64,000 nt of DNA, from NCBI RefSeq assembly GCF_006345805.1, contig NC_043004.1, positions 51,398,001 to 51,462,000 on the forward strand, read 5' to 3'. Origin of the DNA: Octopus sinensis (taxonomy: Eukaryota). The notes beneath the pieces were generated by a model. It did not search any database. It saw only the letters and a program-made list of their open reading frames with translations, and was not told the DNA's origin. Both the position numbers and the translations under genes were made by a program. This document shows, piece by piece, positions 1 to 12,641 of this stretch (position 1 is the stretch's first letter; each line of letters begins with the position of its first letter).

Positions 1-365
1 AGTAATTAAAAATCTATGTTTTTCTATCAATAAACATATAAACACTAAATAAATTAGTCGATTATTACTTACATAAATATAGATATCTTTCGAAAATATT
101 TATGAAATACAAAATACGAACTGAAAAATTCCAAAGTAAAAAATATAACCTATCTTTATAAAATACTTATTATTATTATTAAGAGTAATAGTACTAGAAA
201 TATAATATGACTAGAAATATAATAAGAAACTTATAGTTAAATTAAAACATTTTACGATCTAGATCCCAAAGTGACTAATTAATATCTTAAAATTTACGTT
301 CAGATATAATAATTATAAACTAATAATAATTAAATAAATGTACATATCTAAATTATCATTAACAA

Positions 366-416
<51 letters not shown>

Positions 417-439
417 ACAAATAAAATATATATATGTGA

Positions 440-735
440 AGTATATTTGCCACTTAAATGTGGCTAACCACTAAGGGTGGATGCTATTGTAGCTTGTAGC
501 CCCAGGAGAACATCTTCTCCAGCTGGCTATTGACACACTTTCTGTTCCCTATCAGTATTTGCAAAGGGAAGCAATCCTTCCCATCATCGACCTCACGTGA
601 TACGTACGGACCCGGGTTTCTGGGTATTTACCCGTCTCAGGGCTCGACAATCACCTGTCTTCGATGCGAAGGGGTCCCAATGCAAATACATATATCCTTT
701 TTCGAGTGACGAAAAGTCACTGATCTCGAAAAAGT
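440..735 (+). repeat. Unassigned structured interspersed repeat, copy A
   Basis: Aligns by eye with 34320-34565 and partly with 39850-39930; contains helices gccac/gtggc, ggagaa/ttctcc and gtatttgca/tgcaaatac. Confidence 0.6.
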
Positions 736-748
736 GTAAACAAGCAAT

Positions 749-788
<40 letters not shown>

Positions 789-1209
789 CTGTTTATATTT
801 TTGTACTGTCGTTACTGTCCTGTTTTTTTACCATTTTTTTTACCATTTTTTACCCCTCTGCGAAAAGATCTCAGAATTTTAATTGATTTGCTTTTCGCAG
901 GAAGGAAAGTTTCTTGTCGAAGATACGTCTCGCTTTTATCCTTCGAAACGTACAGTAGATGAAACCTTAGCGACTGAAGAAGGGGTTTTTTCGTTGTGTT
1001 AATTGTCCTGTACTCCATTTTTTGTTGTTTTTAAAAAAATGTCCAGTTCCTTTGGTTTGTGTCTATGTTTTCGTTTCTCTTTGTGTTCGACGTCCCTTTG
1101 GTGTTCTGTACTCATTTATGCGTGTATATGTACATGTAGAGGTAGGTACGTACATATATGTTTATATATATGCATATGTTTATTTCATTTATTAATATAT
1201 ATATATATA

Positions 1210-1220
1210 CAGATAGATAT

Positions 1221-1284
<64 letters not shown>

Positions 1285-1293
1285 GTAGGTAGG

Positions 1294-1383
<90 letters not shown>
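1210..1383. repeat. (GATA)n microsatellite
   Basis: Direct tandem AGAT repeats. Confidence 0.95.
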
Positions 1384-1384
<1 letters not shown>

Positions 1385-1780
1385 CTTACGTGTTTTATGT
1401 TCTTCAAACTGTAGCTACAGACGCTATATTTTTCTTGATTTTAAACAGGTTTTTAAATCTAAGTTGCTGACAAGATGATAAATATTTATTTTTTAATATT
1501 TATTTTACAAATATTGTTCAAATATAATGGATACATATATGCAAAAGAATTATCCAAATAAATCTCTTTATTATATTAAATTACCCAATGGATTTTTAAT
1601 GAAATGAGCTGATTTAAGATGTAAGATAATTTTTACATAATTCACGACGTTTCCATATTGACTTCCTAAGTTACGGTTAATTGTTTCATCGAATATATAT
1701 ATATATAATCGATCTTTCTTGGGTGTGATGTGTGTGCGCATTTCATTGAGTCCAAACTCATCGTTATGCTATCTCGATCC

Positions 1781-1918
1781 TTGGTTGTTCGAAAGAATAT
1801 TTCATGCTCCATGTACTCGTGCTTCGTACTTTTTTGGTGTACAAGTTTCGTGACGCCCTGTACCCACATATGCATATATATATATTATATATTTATATAT
1901 ATATATATATATATATAT

Positions 1919-1963
<45 letters not shown>

Positions 1964-2060
1964 ATATGCATATGTGGGTACAGGGCGTCACGAAACTTGT
2001 ACACCAAAAAAGTACGAAGCACGAGTACATGGAGCATGAAATATTCTTTCGAACAACCAA
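1781..2060. repeat. Perfect ~105-bp inverted repeat around a (TA)n spacer
   Basis: 1781-1885 is the reverse complement of 1956-2060. Confidence 0.9.
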
Positions 2061-2369
2061 AGACACTAATGGAAAACAAAACATAAAGAACGACCCTTCA
2101 TCAGTTGTTGGCTGTTTGTCTAGTCTCCTATTTCGAGCATTTAACAACAATATACGCTTTCGATAAAACAGTTTCTCCAGCAAAGCAAATTAAATAAAAT
2201 TTGGGATTTTGCAGAGAATCAAAACTGGTAACACAAACAGGACAGGGAAAACAAACAGGAAGGGCTGCTAAGCCTAAACGAGGCTGCGGTGGCGAACGCG
2301 TGAATCAAGCTACGACAGGAGACAAACAAGAACATGGTGTATGTATGTTCTAGCTTTTACTTATATCAG

Positions 2370-2712
2370 TTATTAGACCACGGCCATGCTAGGGCATCGC
2401 CTTGAAACATTTTAAGTCGAACGAATCGACCCCAGTACTTATTGTTAAAGTCTGATACTGATTCTGTCGCTATCTTTAGCCGAACCGCATTGGTTGTCAA
2501 GTGGTGGTGAAGAACAAACGCAAGCATAAAAACGGACACACACACACACACACACATACGACGGGCTTCTTTCAGTTTCGGTCGACCAAATCCACCCGCA
2601 ATGCTCTCATTAGCCCGGGGTTATAGCAGAAGAATCCTCCCAAGGTGCCACCTAAGGGGCTGAACCCGGGACCACGTAGTTGAGGTGCAAACTACTTATT
2701 ACACACTCACAC
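2370..2712 (-). mobile_element. tRNA-derived SINE family A, diverged copy
   Basis: Matches the reverse complement of the ggcgcaggagtggctgtgtggtaag...gactgaaacaag family. Confidence 0.75.
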
Positions 2713-2934
2713 TTTGCTTATGTGTGTGTGTGTACGCGTGTGTGTGCGTGTGCGTGTGTGAGCGTGTGCGTGTGCATGTGCGTGGGTACGTGTGCTTGTG
2801 TGTGTGCGTGTGCGTGTAAGTGTGTGTTTCTGTTAGAATAAAATAAAAAGAGCATAATTAAATCTCAGAATGAGAGAATTTTAAATAAAAAGTCGTCAAT
2901 AAAGTACTTAAAGAAGATCACATTTTATGTCAGT

Positions 2935-3007
2935 GGGCTTGTGGCGCAATGGATAACGCGTCTGACTTCGGATCAGAAGATTCCAGGTTCGAATCCTGGC
3001 AAGCTCG
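2935..3007 (+). tRNA. tRNA-Arg(TCG)
   Basis: 73-nt cloverleaf: acceptor GGGCTTG/CAAGCTC, anticodon arm TCTGA-CTTCGGA-TCAGA, T arm CCAGG-TTCGAAT-CCTGG; oligo-T terminator immediately downstream. Confidence 0.95.
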
Positions 3008-3020
3008 GATTATTTTTTTA

Positions 3021-3395
3021 GGCGCAGAGGTGGCTGTGTGGTAAGTACCAACCACATGGTTCCGGGTTCATTCCTACTGCGTGGCACCTTGGGCAAATGT
3101 CTTCTACCATAGCCTCGGGCCGACCAAAACCTTGTGAGTGGATTTGGTAGACCGAAACTGAAAGAAGCCCGTCGTATATGTGTGTATATATGTTTGTGTG
3201 TCTCTGTTTGTCCCCCCAACATCGCTTGACACCCGATGGTGGTGTGTTTACGTCCCCGTAACTTAGCGGTTCGGGAAAAGAGACCGATAGAATAAGTACT
3301 AGGCTTAGAAAGAATAAGTCCTGGGGTCGATTTGCTCGACTACAGGTGGTGTTCCAGCATGGCCGCAGTCAAATGACTGAAACAAGTAAAAGAGA
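3021..3395 (+). mobile_element. tRNA-derived SINE family A
   Basis: A/B-box-like head, CORE-like ggcaccttgggcaa segment, internal (TG/TA) tract, caagtaaaagag tail. Confidence 0.9.
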
Positions 3396-3619
3396 AAAAT
3401 AACTTCACGTTAAAACAAAAGTTACAAATTTATTATTCTTTAACAAGTATAGTACCGAAGGTGACGTCGATGTTTCGAACAGCTAACTCATCATCGGAGC
3501 GTCCGATGATGGCTAGCCGTCGGCGATACCTGGGAATTTTAATCTTGTCTATAACTGAGGTAGAGCAAGTCGGTCGAATTTATAAATTTTATAAATATCA
3601 GTTATTCGTATTCCTACAT

Positions 3620-4185
3620 AGTAAAGACCCCCTTCGGTCATAATGACCATGGGATTGCACCTAGAAATTTCGGTACTACTTAAATACAGAAGTCATTCTT
3701 AAATATAGAGGTCCCGACGCATCTATGTAATGATATAAATGGGAGGTAACTCTAACCCTAAAAATTAACCCTGAAAGTAACCCTAAACCTAAAACTTACC
3801 CTATCCCTAATCCTAACCCTAAAAACTAACCCTTAAAGGAACCCTAACCCTAACGAGTGTGCACTGTTCGGGACCTCTGTATTTAAGTAGTGCCGAAAGT
3901 TCCCCTCTGAGGCACAAGACGGGTAAAGTTGTTTAATGGAAGGCCAGCACACCAGACTCCCATGCACAACCAGCCTCCTCTTGTTATCCAAGTGGAAGAC
4001 AAAGGGGCCGATGCAGCTTGGCACCAGTGACGTCGCAACTCATTTCTACAGCTGAGTGAACTGGAGCAACGTGAAAGAGAAAAAGTCTTGCTCAAGAACA
4101 CAACACTCACCAGGTCCGTGAATTGAACTCACTACCTCATGATCGTGAGTCCGACGCTCTAACCACTGAGCCATGCGCCTTCACT
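3620..4185 (-). mobile_element. tRNA-headed SINE interrupted by a MITE
   Basis: Head on minus strand reads gaaggcgcatggctcagtggttagagcg; body resumes on both sides of 3668-3898. Confidence 0.7.
3668..3898. mobile_element. MITE-like element with internal degenerate (TAACCC)n
   Basis: TIR tttcggtactacttaaatacaga / tctgtatttaagtagtgccgaaa; about 12 degenerate CCCTAA units inside. Confidence 0.75.
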
Positions 4186-4552
4186 ACAGTAACATAACCT
4201 CCGTTGTTAGCGCAAATGCAAGAACTTACTTTTAAAAAGAAAAACAAAAAAAAGATGTTGATGGCCTAAATTTATATCGGTTTAGAGAGAGTAGTGATGT
4301 GGTAGGGGGAGTATATAGTGGAAAGGGAGTGTTGATGTTTGAATGAAGCGAGTAGAAAGTGAGCTGGTAAGGTGGAAGAGGGAGGGGCACGGAGAATAAG
4401 GAAGCGAAAGGAAAGGAGGGAGAGGAGGGTGAATACGGCGGCGGCGGCGAATGTTTGAATGTTGGTGGGTGGAGGGGAGGGGAGAGTATTATTTACCAAG
4501 TTAGTCTCTCGCAACTCACACCTGTTACGACGTCCATTCACCGTCATCACCC

Positions 4553-4580
4553 TCATTCATCATCGTTGTCATCGTCATCG

Positions 4581-4636
<56 letters not shown>

Positions 4637-4643
4637 GTCATCG

Positions 4644-4685
<42 letters not shown>

Positions 4686-4862
4686 CCACCATCGTCGCCT
4701 TTGTTGTAGTTGCAGTCATCATCATCGTTGTCGTTGTCACCACCACTACCACTGCAAGCAGTCGTGGTGGTCATGATAAAAAAATCGTCGTCGTCGTTAA
4801 CACCACCACCACCACCACCACCACCACCATCATTATCATCATCATCATCGTCATCATCATCA
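4553..4862. repeat. (CAT)n/(CAC)n trinucleotide microsatellite
   Basis: Direct repeats; source of the poly-H/S/D/M ORFs. Confidence 0.95.
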
Positions 4863-4895
4863 ATACCACTCTCTTCATTATTATTAATGACGTAA

Positions 4896-5750
4896 GGCGG
4901 CGAGCTGGCAGAGACGTTAGCACGCCGGGCGAAATGCGTAGCCGTATTTCATCTGCCGCTACGTTCTGAGTTCAAATTCCGCCGAGGTCGACTTTGCCTT
5001 CCACCCTTTCGGGGTCGATTAAATAAGTACCAGTTACGCACTGGGGTCGATATAATCGACATAATCCGTTTATCTGTCCTTGTTTGTCCTTTCTGTGTTT
5101 AGTCCCTTGTGGGTAGTAAAGAAAAAGGTATTTCGTCTGCCGTTACGTTCTGAGTTCAAATTCCGCCGAGGTCGACTTTGCCTTTCATCCTTTCGGGGTC
5201 GATAATTTAAGTACCAGTTGCATTCTGAGGTCGATATAGTCGACTGGGCCCCCTCCCCCAAAATTTCGGTCCTTGTGCCTAGAATAGAAAAGATTTTTAA
5301 TAACGAACAAGGCAGCGAGTTGGCAGAATCGATAGCACGCCGGGCGAAATGTTTAGCGGTATTTCATCTGTCTTCGTGTTCTGAGTTCAAATGCCGCCAG
5401 TGTCGACTTTGCCTTTCATCCTTTCGGGGTCGATAAATTAAGTACCAGTTACACACAGGGGTCAATTCAATCGACTGCTCCCCTCCCCCGAAAATTCAGG
5501 CCTTGTGCCTATAGTAGAAAGGATTATTGCTAATGGCGGTGAGCTGGCAGAATTGTTAGCGCGTTGGACAAAATGCTTAGCAGCATTTCGTTCTGTTTTA
5601 CATTCTGAGTTCAAATTCCGCTGATGTCAACACTTTGCTCTTCTTACTTTCGAAGTCGATGAAATAAGTACCATTTGAGTACTGAGGGTCGATGTAATCG
5701 ACTCGTCCTGCCCCCAAATTTTCAGGGCCTGTGTCTATAGCAGAATAGAT
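4896..5750 (+). mobile_element. Tandem cluster of SINE family B (Meta-domain-like)
   Basis: About four successive copies of ggcggcgagctggcag...gactttgcctttcatcctttcggggtcgataaattaagtaccag. Confidence 0.85.
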
Positions 5751-6081
5751 TATGTTTTTCTCCGTAACCCTTTAAATTTGTAATTTTTAATTGTTTATAT
5801 TTTATGAAATATCCCCAACATTATTTTTCAACAAAACTACCTATAGTAAAATAGCAAATAATGAACACGGAGAGCTTCTTACAATAAGGGAAACGGGAAA
5901 GTTATGCAACAATATATATATTTCAAGCACACAAGCACACGAGAAGTGAACGGTTCAAAGAAATCTAAGTTTTCGTAGATCTTGCCATGCTGGTTGTCCC
6001 TACAAGCAGTGAGTCTGTTTGTTCGTGTCCTGCTGGTTGTAGCAACGGTATGGTTGGATCGAAATGTTGAACTTCGTGCAA

Positions 6082-6288
6082 CCTATTTCTTTACTACCCA
6101 CAAGGGGCTAAACACAGAGGGGACAAACAAGGACAGACAAACGGATCAAGTCAATTACATTGGCCCCAGTGCGTAACTGGTACTTAATTTATCGACCCCG
6201 AAAGGATGAAAGGCAAAGTCGACCTCGGCGGAATTTGAACTCAGAACGTAACGGCAGACGAAATACGGCTACGCATTTCGCCCGGCGC
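6082..6288 (-). mobile_element. SINE family B
   Basis: Reverse complement of the family B consensus. Confidence 0.85.
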
Positions 6289-6844
6289 AACCATCCAACC
6301 ATACCAATTCGCCTTCTCTTCCACCATTCTACACATTCATATTGTTCTCTATTCCGTCTCCTCCTCAAATAGCACATTACTCTCTTTAATGAAAGGAAGG
6401 ACTTACCGAAGAATGTAGTATTAGGAGTATTAATTCTCAATAGCAGACGGGAGGATCGAGACATGAACAACTTTTCATGATAGGGTCTAGTTGATGAGGG
6501 CTGTAGGTAAGACATCAACAGCAACAACAGGAAGAGTAGAACCAATACATTGGCTCACCTACATATACACAGACGTACAGAGTCGCACCTCTTGGCATAC
6601 CGCCAATTCTTCGCTGTAATTATGTTGAAGATGATGATAATAATGATGATGATGATGCTGACAAAGTTTGTGTGTGAGAGTAATTATGTGTGCGTGCAGG
6701 TGGGAATAAGAGAGCAGGTATGCGTGCATGCGCGTGCGCCTGTGTTTGAGACGGATTGAGAGCGCGGTTTCAGGATGGAAATGGAAACATGAGTGAGTGA
6801 AAGGTGAGTGTGTATATATAGATGTATGCATATTCCTATATATA

Positions 6845-6890
<46 letters not shown>

Positions 6891-6913
6891 TATATATAAA
6901 CATATATATATAT

Positions 6914-6991
<78 letters not shown>

Positions 6992-7276
6992 CAACATACG
7001 CATATCTTATACATATATCAATACACATACCTATATGTGTACATGCGCGTGTGTGTGTGTGTGTCTGTGTCAGTGTGTAAGATAAATATGTATATACAGT
7101 TATATACGTACATTTTAATATATAAACACCCACCTATTGCACTCACCCTCGTTTCCATTTCCACCCTGAAGCCGCGCCCTCACTCAGCCCCACACACAGG
7201 CGCACGCGCTCTCGTATTGCCACTTTCACACACACATTTATATAAATATATATATGTCTATGCTAAGTATATATAT

Positions 7277-7503
7277 CATCATCATCATCATCGTTTAACG
7301 TCCGCTTTCCATGCTAGCATGGGTTGGACGGTTCAACTGGGGACTGGGGAGCCCGAAGGCTGACCAGGCCAGTCAGATCTGGCAGTGTTTCTACAGCTGG
7401 ATGCCCTTCCTAACGCCAACCACTCCGAGAGTGTAGTGGGTGATTTTATGTGCCACCGACACAGGTGCCAGACGAGGCTGGCGAACGGCCACGCTCGGAT
7501 GGT
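7277..7503 (-). mobile_element. SINE 3' part with gttggcgttaggaagggcatccagc domain and (ATG)n tail
   Basis: Recognisable SINE central motif and microsatellite tail. Confidence 0.65.
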
Positions 7504-7504
7504 G

Positions 7505-7801
7505 TCGATAAATTAAGTACCAGTTACGCACTGGGGTCGATGTAATCGACTTAATACCTATGTCTGTCCTTGTTTGTCCCCTCTGTGTTTAGCCCCTTAT
7601 GGGTAATAAAGAAATAGGTATTTCGTCTGCGTTACGTTGTGGGTTCGAATTCCGCCGAGGTCGACTTTGCCTTTCATCCTTTCGGGGTCGATAAATTAAG
7701 TACCAGTTACGCACTGGGGGCGATGTAATCGACTTAATACCTATGTCGTCCTTGTTTGTCCACTCTATGTTTAGCCCCTTGTGGGTAATAAAGAAATAGG
7801 T
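7505..7801 (+). mobile_element. SINE family B, tandem partial copies
   Basis: Two gtcgataaattaagtaccagttacgcactgggg...aaagaaataggta units. Confidence 0.8.
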
Positions 7802-9352
7802 ATGATGTGTCTAGTGCAGTCGCGCTTGCAACTTCCTGGTGAAGTGAGAGGCAACCCAGTCTGCGAGTCTTCCTTGCAAATAGGCGGCCTGTCCCTCACT
7901 AAGACTGTTGCCAATTATATCCCTGTTCACACTCGATATCTCTGTGCTTTCTCGCCACAGGCTAACTTGACAGAACTCCATTGATCAGCAGTTGGTTCCA
8001 AAGAACAGTGTGCAGACCTACACCGTGTTTATACGTCCTGTCACTGATCAATCACACTGTGTAACAAAATATTTATTATTTGTTTTGTCTTTGATCAGTG
8101 AGTGTCATTTCCCATTTGCTTCTATTTAGAAATCAAAGGAAATGACTAATATTCCCTTCAAATTTTGCTCTTGTGATCTGGGCATCAATGTTTTGAAACT
8201 GAACTATTTTCCATTACATTTCAGACAGATTCAGCACTGAGTTGCTGAAGCAGAAATATCATCATAATAAATATTCTGCTCAATACCGCAGATTCACTTG
8301 CCAGTTGCTTGACCGTAACCAATTGAACATGTCCCATATTGACTAACAATATGTGCATCTCTGATTATGAGCTGGAATAGTGGGGCAGTAACATAGCCAT
8401 GTGTTGAGAGGGATTCTTTGGGGTTTGAATAAATGTAACAAAAGTAAAGTTTGGAGGAAATATTAGCCGTTTTTCATAGTTTCTAGGTGTAAACAAATAG
8501 GAAATAGCAGTTGCTACCCAAGGACAAAAGTCGTGTTACTTAGTGTTATTGCTACCTTGTGAATGTGACCAGGAAGACAAGGGCTAAGGGAGTACACCAT
8601 GTGAAAAACAAGCTGGTTGGGTCAGTTTTAAAGTGGTTTCTTACAGACTGGATTGACCGCAGCCTCCTGAAGCTGGGAAAAAGTATCAGTTGTCTTAGAT
8701 TATCACTAGATCGATCCCCTTCACAACAAAGACAATGGTTTCAAATTCTGGCACAAGGCCAGTAACTCTGTGGAAGGGGGTAAGTCGAATTACATCGACC
8801 CCAATGCTCAACTGGTTGTTATTTTATCTGCTCCGAAAGGATGAAATGTAAAGGAGACCTCGTGCTTACGATTCTGCCAGATCGCAGCAAAGATATAGAT
8901 ACTGGGAAAAGTGAAGGACGACGAGCTGGCAGACTCATTACCTTGCTGCTTAAAATGCTTAGCGGTATTTCATCTGTCTTTACTTTCTGAGTACAAATTC
9001 CGCTTAGGACGACTTTGCGTTTCATGCTCTCGGGGCCGATAAAATAAGGACCTTCCCTGTAAATGTTGATATGGGGAAAACTTATATTGGGATAAGTGCA
9101 CCCTCAGCGCCATTGTAAAACCTTATTGTCTTGGTATCTCCTCTTGTAATGTGGATTATCGATACAAGATATCAAGGATGGTCGTTGTCATTGCAGTCAC
9201 TGGTCGGGGAGTCACGCCTATATACCATGATGAAACAATCAACACTTCCGTAGTTCCATTGTTCGTATAAGTACATGGTAGGTATAGCATGGGTGATAGC
9301 TGCCACGATTCTTCGGTCGCCTGTTCGATTGCATCCTCCGTCGGCGTTGATC

Positions 9353-9582
9353 TTTTAACTCTTTACTTACTCTTTTATTTTTACTCTTTTTACTTGTTTC
9401 AGTCATTTGACTGCGGCCATGCTGGAGCACCGCCTTTAGTCGAGCAAATCGACCCCGGGACTTATTCTTTGTAAGCCCAGTACTTATTCTATCGGTCTCT
9501 TTTACCGAACCGCTAGGTGACGGGGACGTAAACACACCAGCATTGGTTGTCAAGCAATGCTAGGGGGACAAACACAGACACA

Positions 9583-9633
<51 letters not shown>

Positions 9634-9805
9634 GTATATATATATACGACAGGCTTCTTTCAGTTTCCGTCTACCAAATCCACTCACAAGGCATTGGTCG
9701 GCCCGGGGCTATAGTAGAAGACACTTGCTCAAGATGCCACGCAGTGGGACTGAACCCGGAACCATGTGATTGGTTAGCAAGCTACTTACCACACAGCCAC
9801 TCCTG
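9353..9805 (-). mobile_element. SINE family A
   Basis: Near full-length reverse-complement copy. Confidence 0.9.
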
Positions 9806-9849
9806 TGCATGACATGTGATATACAGGACCTATCTCTTTTTTTAAAACC

Positions 9850-9948
9850 TGACGATATTCTGTCGGTCTCTTGTGCCGTACCGTTAAGTCACGGGGACGT
9901 AAATACACTAACACTGGTTGTCAAGCGGTGTAATAGGGGACACAGTCA

Positions 9949-9987
<39 letters not shown>

Positions 9988-10470
9988 ACACACACACATA
10001 TATAAATATATATATATACGACAGGCTTCTTTCAGATTCCGTCTACCAAATCCACTCACAAGGCTTTGGTCGGCCCGAGGCTATAGTAGAAGATATTTGC
10101 CCAAGGTACCACGCAGTGGGACTGAATCCGGAATCCTGTGGTTGGTAAGGAAGCTACTTACCACACCCCCACTCCTGCGCCTATATATATATATGCATGC
10201 ATATACACACATGCATATATATATATATATATGCATATATAAATACAGGTGCAGGCGTGGCTGTGTAGTAAGAAGTTTGCTTCCCAACCACAATGGTTCT
10301 GGGTTCAGTCCCATTGCGTGGACCTTGGGCAAGTGTCTTCTACTATAGTCTCGAGCTGACAAAGCCTTGTGAGTGGATTTGGTAGACGGAAACTGAAAGA
10401 AGCCTGTCGAATATGCATGTGTATATATATATATCTATATATACATACATACATATATATATATCTATAC

Positions 10471-10501
<31 letters not shown>

Positions 10502-10508
10502 CATACAT

Positions 10509-10554
<46 letters not shown>

Positions 10555-10780
10555 TATATATATATATGTATGTATGTATGTATGTATATGTTTGTGTGTC
10601 TGACACCCACCGTCGGTTGACAAACGATGTTGGTATTTTTATGTCCCCGTAACTTAGCGGTTTGGCAAAAGAAACCGATTGAATAAGTATTAGGCTTACA
10701 AAGACTAAGTCCTCGGGACCATTCGTTCGACTAAAGACAGAGCTCCAGCATGACCGCTTTCAAATGACTGAAACAAGTAA
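9850..10780. mobile_element. Two SINE family A copies, head to head (minus 9850-10180, plus 10248-10780)
   Basis: Family A sequence in both orientations. Confidence 0.8.
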
Positions 10781-10829
10781 AAAAAATAATAAAGCAATTA
10801 AGGAATATGTGTTTATGTGAATGTGCGTG

Positions 10830-10875
<46 letters not shown>

Positions 10876-10969
10876 TGTGTGTGAATGCGTGTGTGTGTGT
10901 GTGTGTGAATGCGTGTGTGTGTGTGTGTTGTGTGTGTGTGTGTGTGTGTGTGTGTCTGTGTGTGTGTGT

Positions 10970-11001
<32 letters not shown>

Positions 11002-11219
11002 TTCTGCTGACAGTCTGTCGGAACGCTCCTCTTTCTCTTTCTCTGCATAATGAATTACAATCGGGAAGACGCTGATTTGCCAACATTTTAAAACGTCATC
11101 ACCTTTTTGTCACGTGTGTTGCTAATATACCGACAGTGGCTTGTATTTCTATGTGTACTAGTACGTGTGTGTGTGTGTGTGTTGAATATGTATGTATGTT
11201 TTCATGTGTGTGCGTGTGT

Positions 11220-11267
<48 letters not shown>

Positions 11268-11317
11268 CGGGATAGAGTGAGAGAGGGAAACATGCGTTAT
11301 CCCATATGTTTATCCAC

Positions 11318-11638
11318 GTGGAGGCGCAATGGCCTAGTGTTTAGGGCAGCGGACTCGAGGTCGGAGGATCGAGGTTTCGATTCCCAGACTGGGCGTTGTG
11401 TGTGTTTATTGAGCGAAAAACACCTAAAAGCTCCACGAGGCTCTGACAGAGAGGGGGTGGTGGTGGCGACCCCTGTTGTACTCTTTCGCCCCAACTTTCT
11501 CTCACTCTCTCTTCCTGTTTCTTGAGTAACGCTGCGATGGACTGGCGTCCCATCCTGCTGGAAGGAGCACATACGTTACAGAAACCGGGAAACTGGGCCC
11601 ATGAGCCTGGCTAGGCTTGAAAAGGGCGACAAAAAAAA
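11318..11638 (+). mobile_element. tRNA-derived SINE family C with 12-bp TSD
   Basis: tRNA-like head gaggcgcaatggcctagtg...ggtttcgattccc; A-tail; TSD atgtttatccac at 11306-11317 and 11639-11650. Confidence 0.85.
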
Positions 11639-11654
11639 ATGTTTATCCACATAT

Positions 11655-11819
11655 GGCGCAGGAGTGGCTGTGTGGTAAGTAGCTTGCTTGCCAACCACAT
11701 GGTTCCGGGTTCAGTCCCACTGCGTGGCACCTTGGGCAAGTGTCTTCTGCTATAGCCTCGGGCCGACCAAAGCCTTGTGAGTGGATTTGGTAGACGGAAA
11801 CTGAAAGAAGCCCGTTGTA

Positions 11820-11865
<46 letters not shown>

Positions 11866-12025
11866 TGTTTGTCCCCTAGCATTGCTTGACAACCGATGGT
11901 GGTGTGTTTATGTCCCCGTTACTTAGCGGTTCGGCACAAGAGACCGATAGAATAAGTACTGGGCTTACAAAGAATAAGTCCCGGGGTGGAGTTGCTCGGC
12001 TGAAACAAGTAAAAGAGTAAAAGAG
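11655..12025 (+). mobile_element. SINE family A
   Basis: Consensus head and (AAAAGAGT)n tail. Confidence 0.9.
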
Positions 12026-12641
12026 TATATGAGTGTGTGTATGTATATGTGTGTGTATGAGTGTACGCGTGTATGTATGTCCAAATATATGCATCTGTGT
12101 GTGTTTGTGCGTATGTGTGGCCATATATGCACTATTATGTGTACGTGCGTGTGTGTGCGTGCATGTGTCTGTGTCCATACATCCACCGGCATGTTTCTAT
12201 GTGAATCTGTGTGTCCGTATGTGTTTGAGTTTGTGTGTTTGTGTATGTTGATATACATATATCTGAATGTGCACATGTGCGTGGGTATATGTCTTGATAT
12301 ATGCATCTGTGTATGAGTATGTGTATGTATGTGTCCGTATATACATCTACGTGTATTTGCGTGTGTCAAATAAATTAAGAATGTCATTCAATGCGGAATT
12401 TGTAACAAAATATTCCTATCACTTTCAATAATAAATTGTTTATATAACTGATATTTCGACATAACATGCCCTATTCTTAGCGAAATTAACGACATTATCG
12501 GCTGCTGATTATTTATCTTAGTTCTATCTTGTAGCATAGAAGCATGTCCTTTGAAGACGTTGACGCATCGTTGTATAGTTATGCGAGTGGGATCTTTTGG
12601 ATCATTATTCATTTACAAGGAAGATAATGATGTATGTATGT

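Noticed and set aside
938-985. Possible permuted (type II) hammerhead ccttcGAAAcgta...CTGAAGAagggg
   Set aside because: Core words are present but stem I cannot be formed convincingly
3462-3505. Minus-strand CCGATGA...GAAAC hammerhead-like remnant
   Set aside because: Core is mutated and no valid stem III or cleavage triplet is present
4455-4895. Poly-His/Ser/Asp/Met ORFs
   Set aside because: Translations of a (CAT)n microsatellite that is open in several frames
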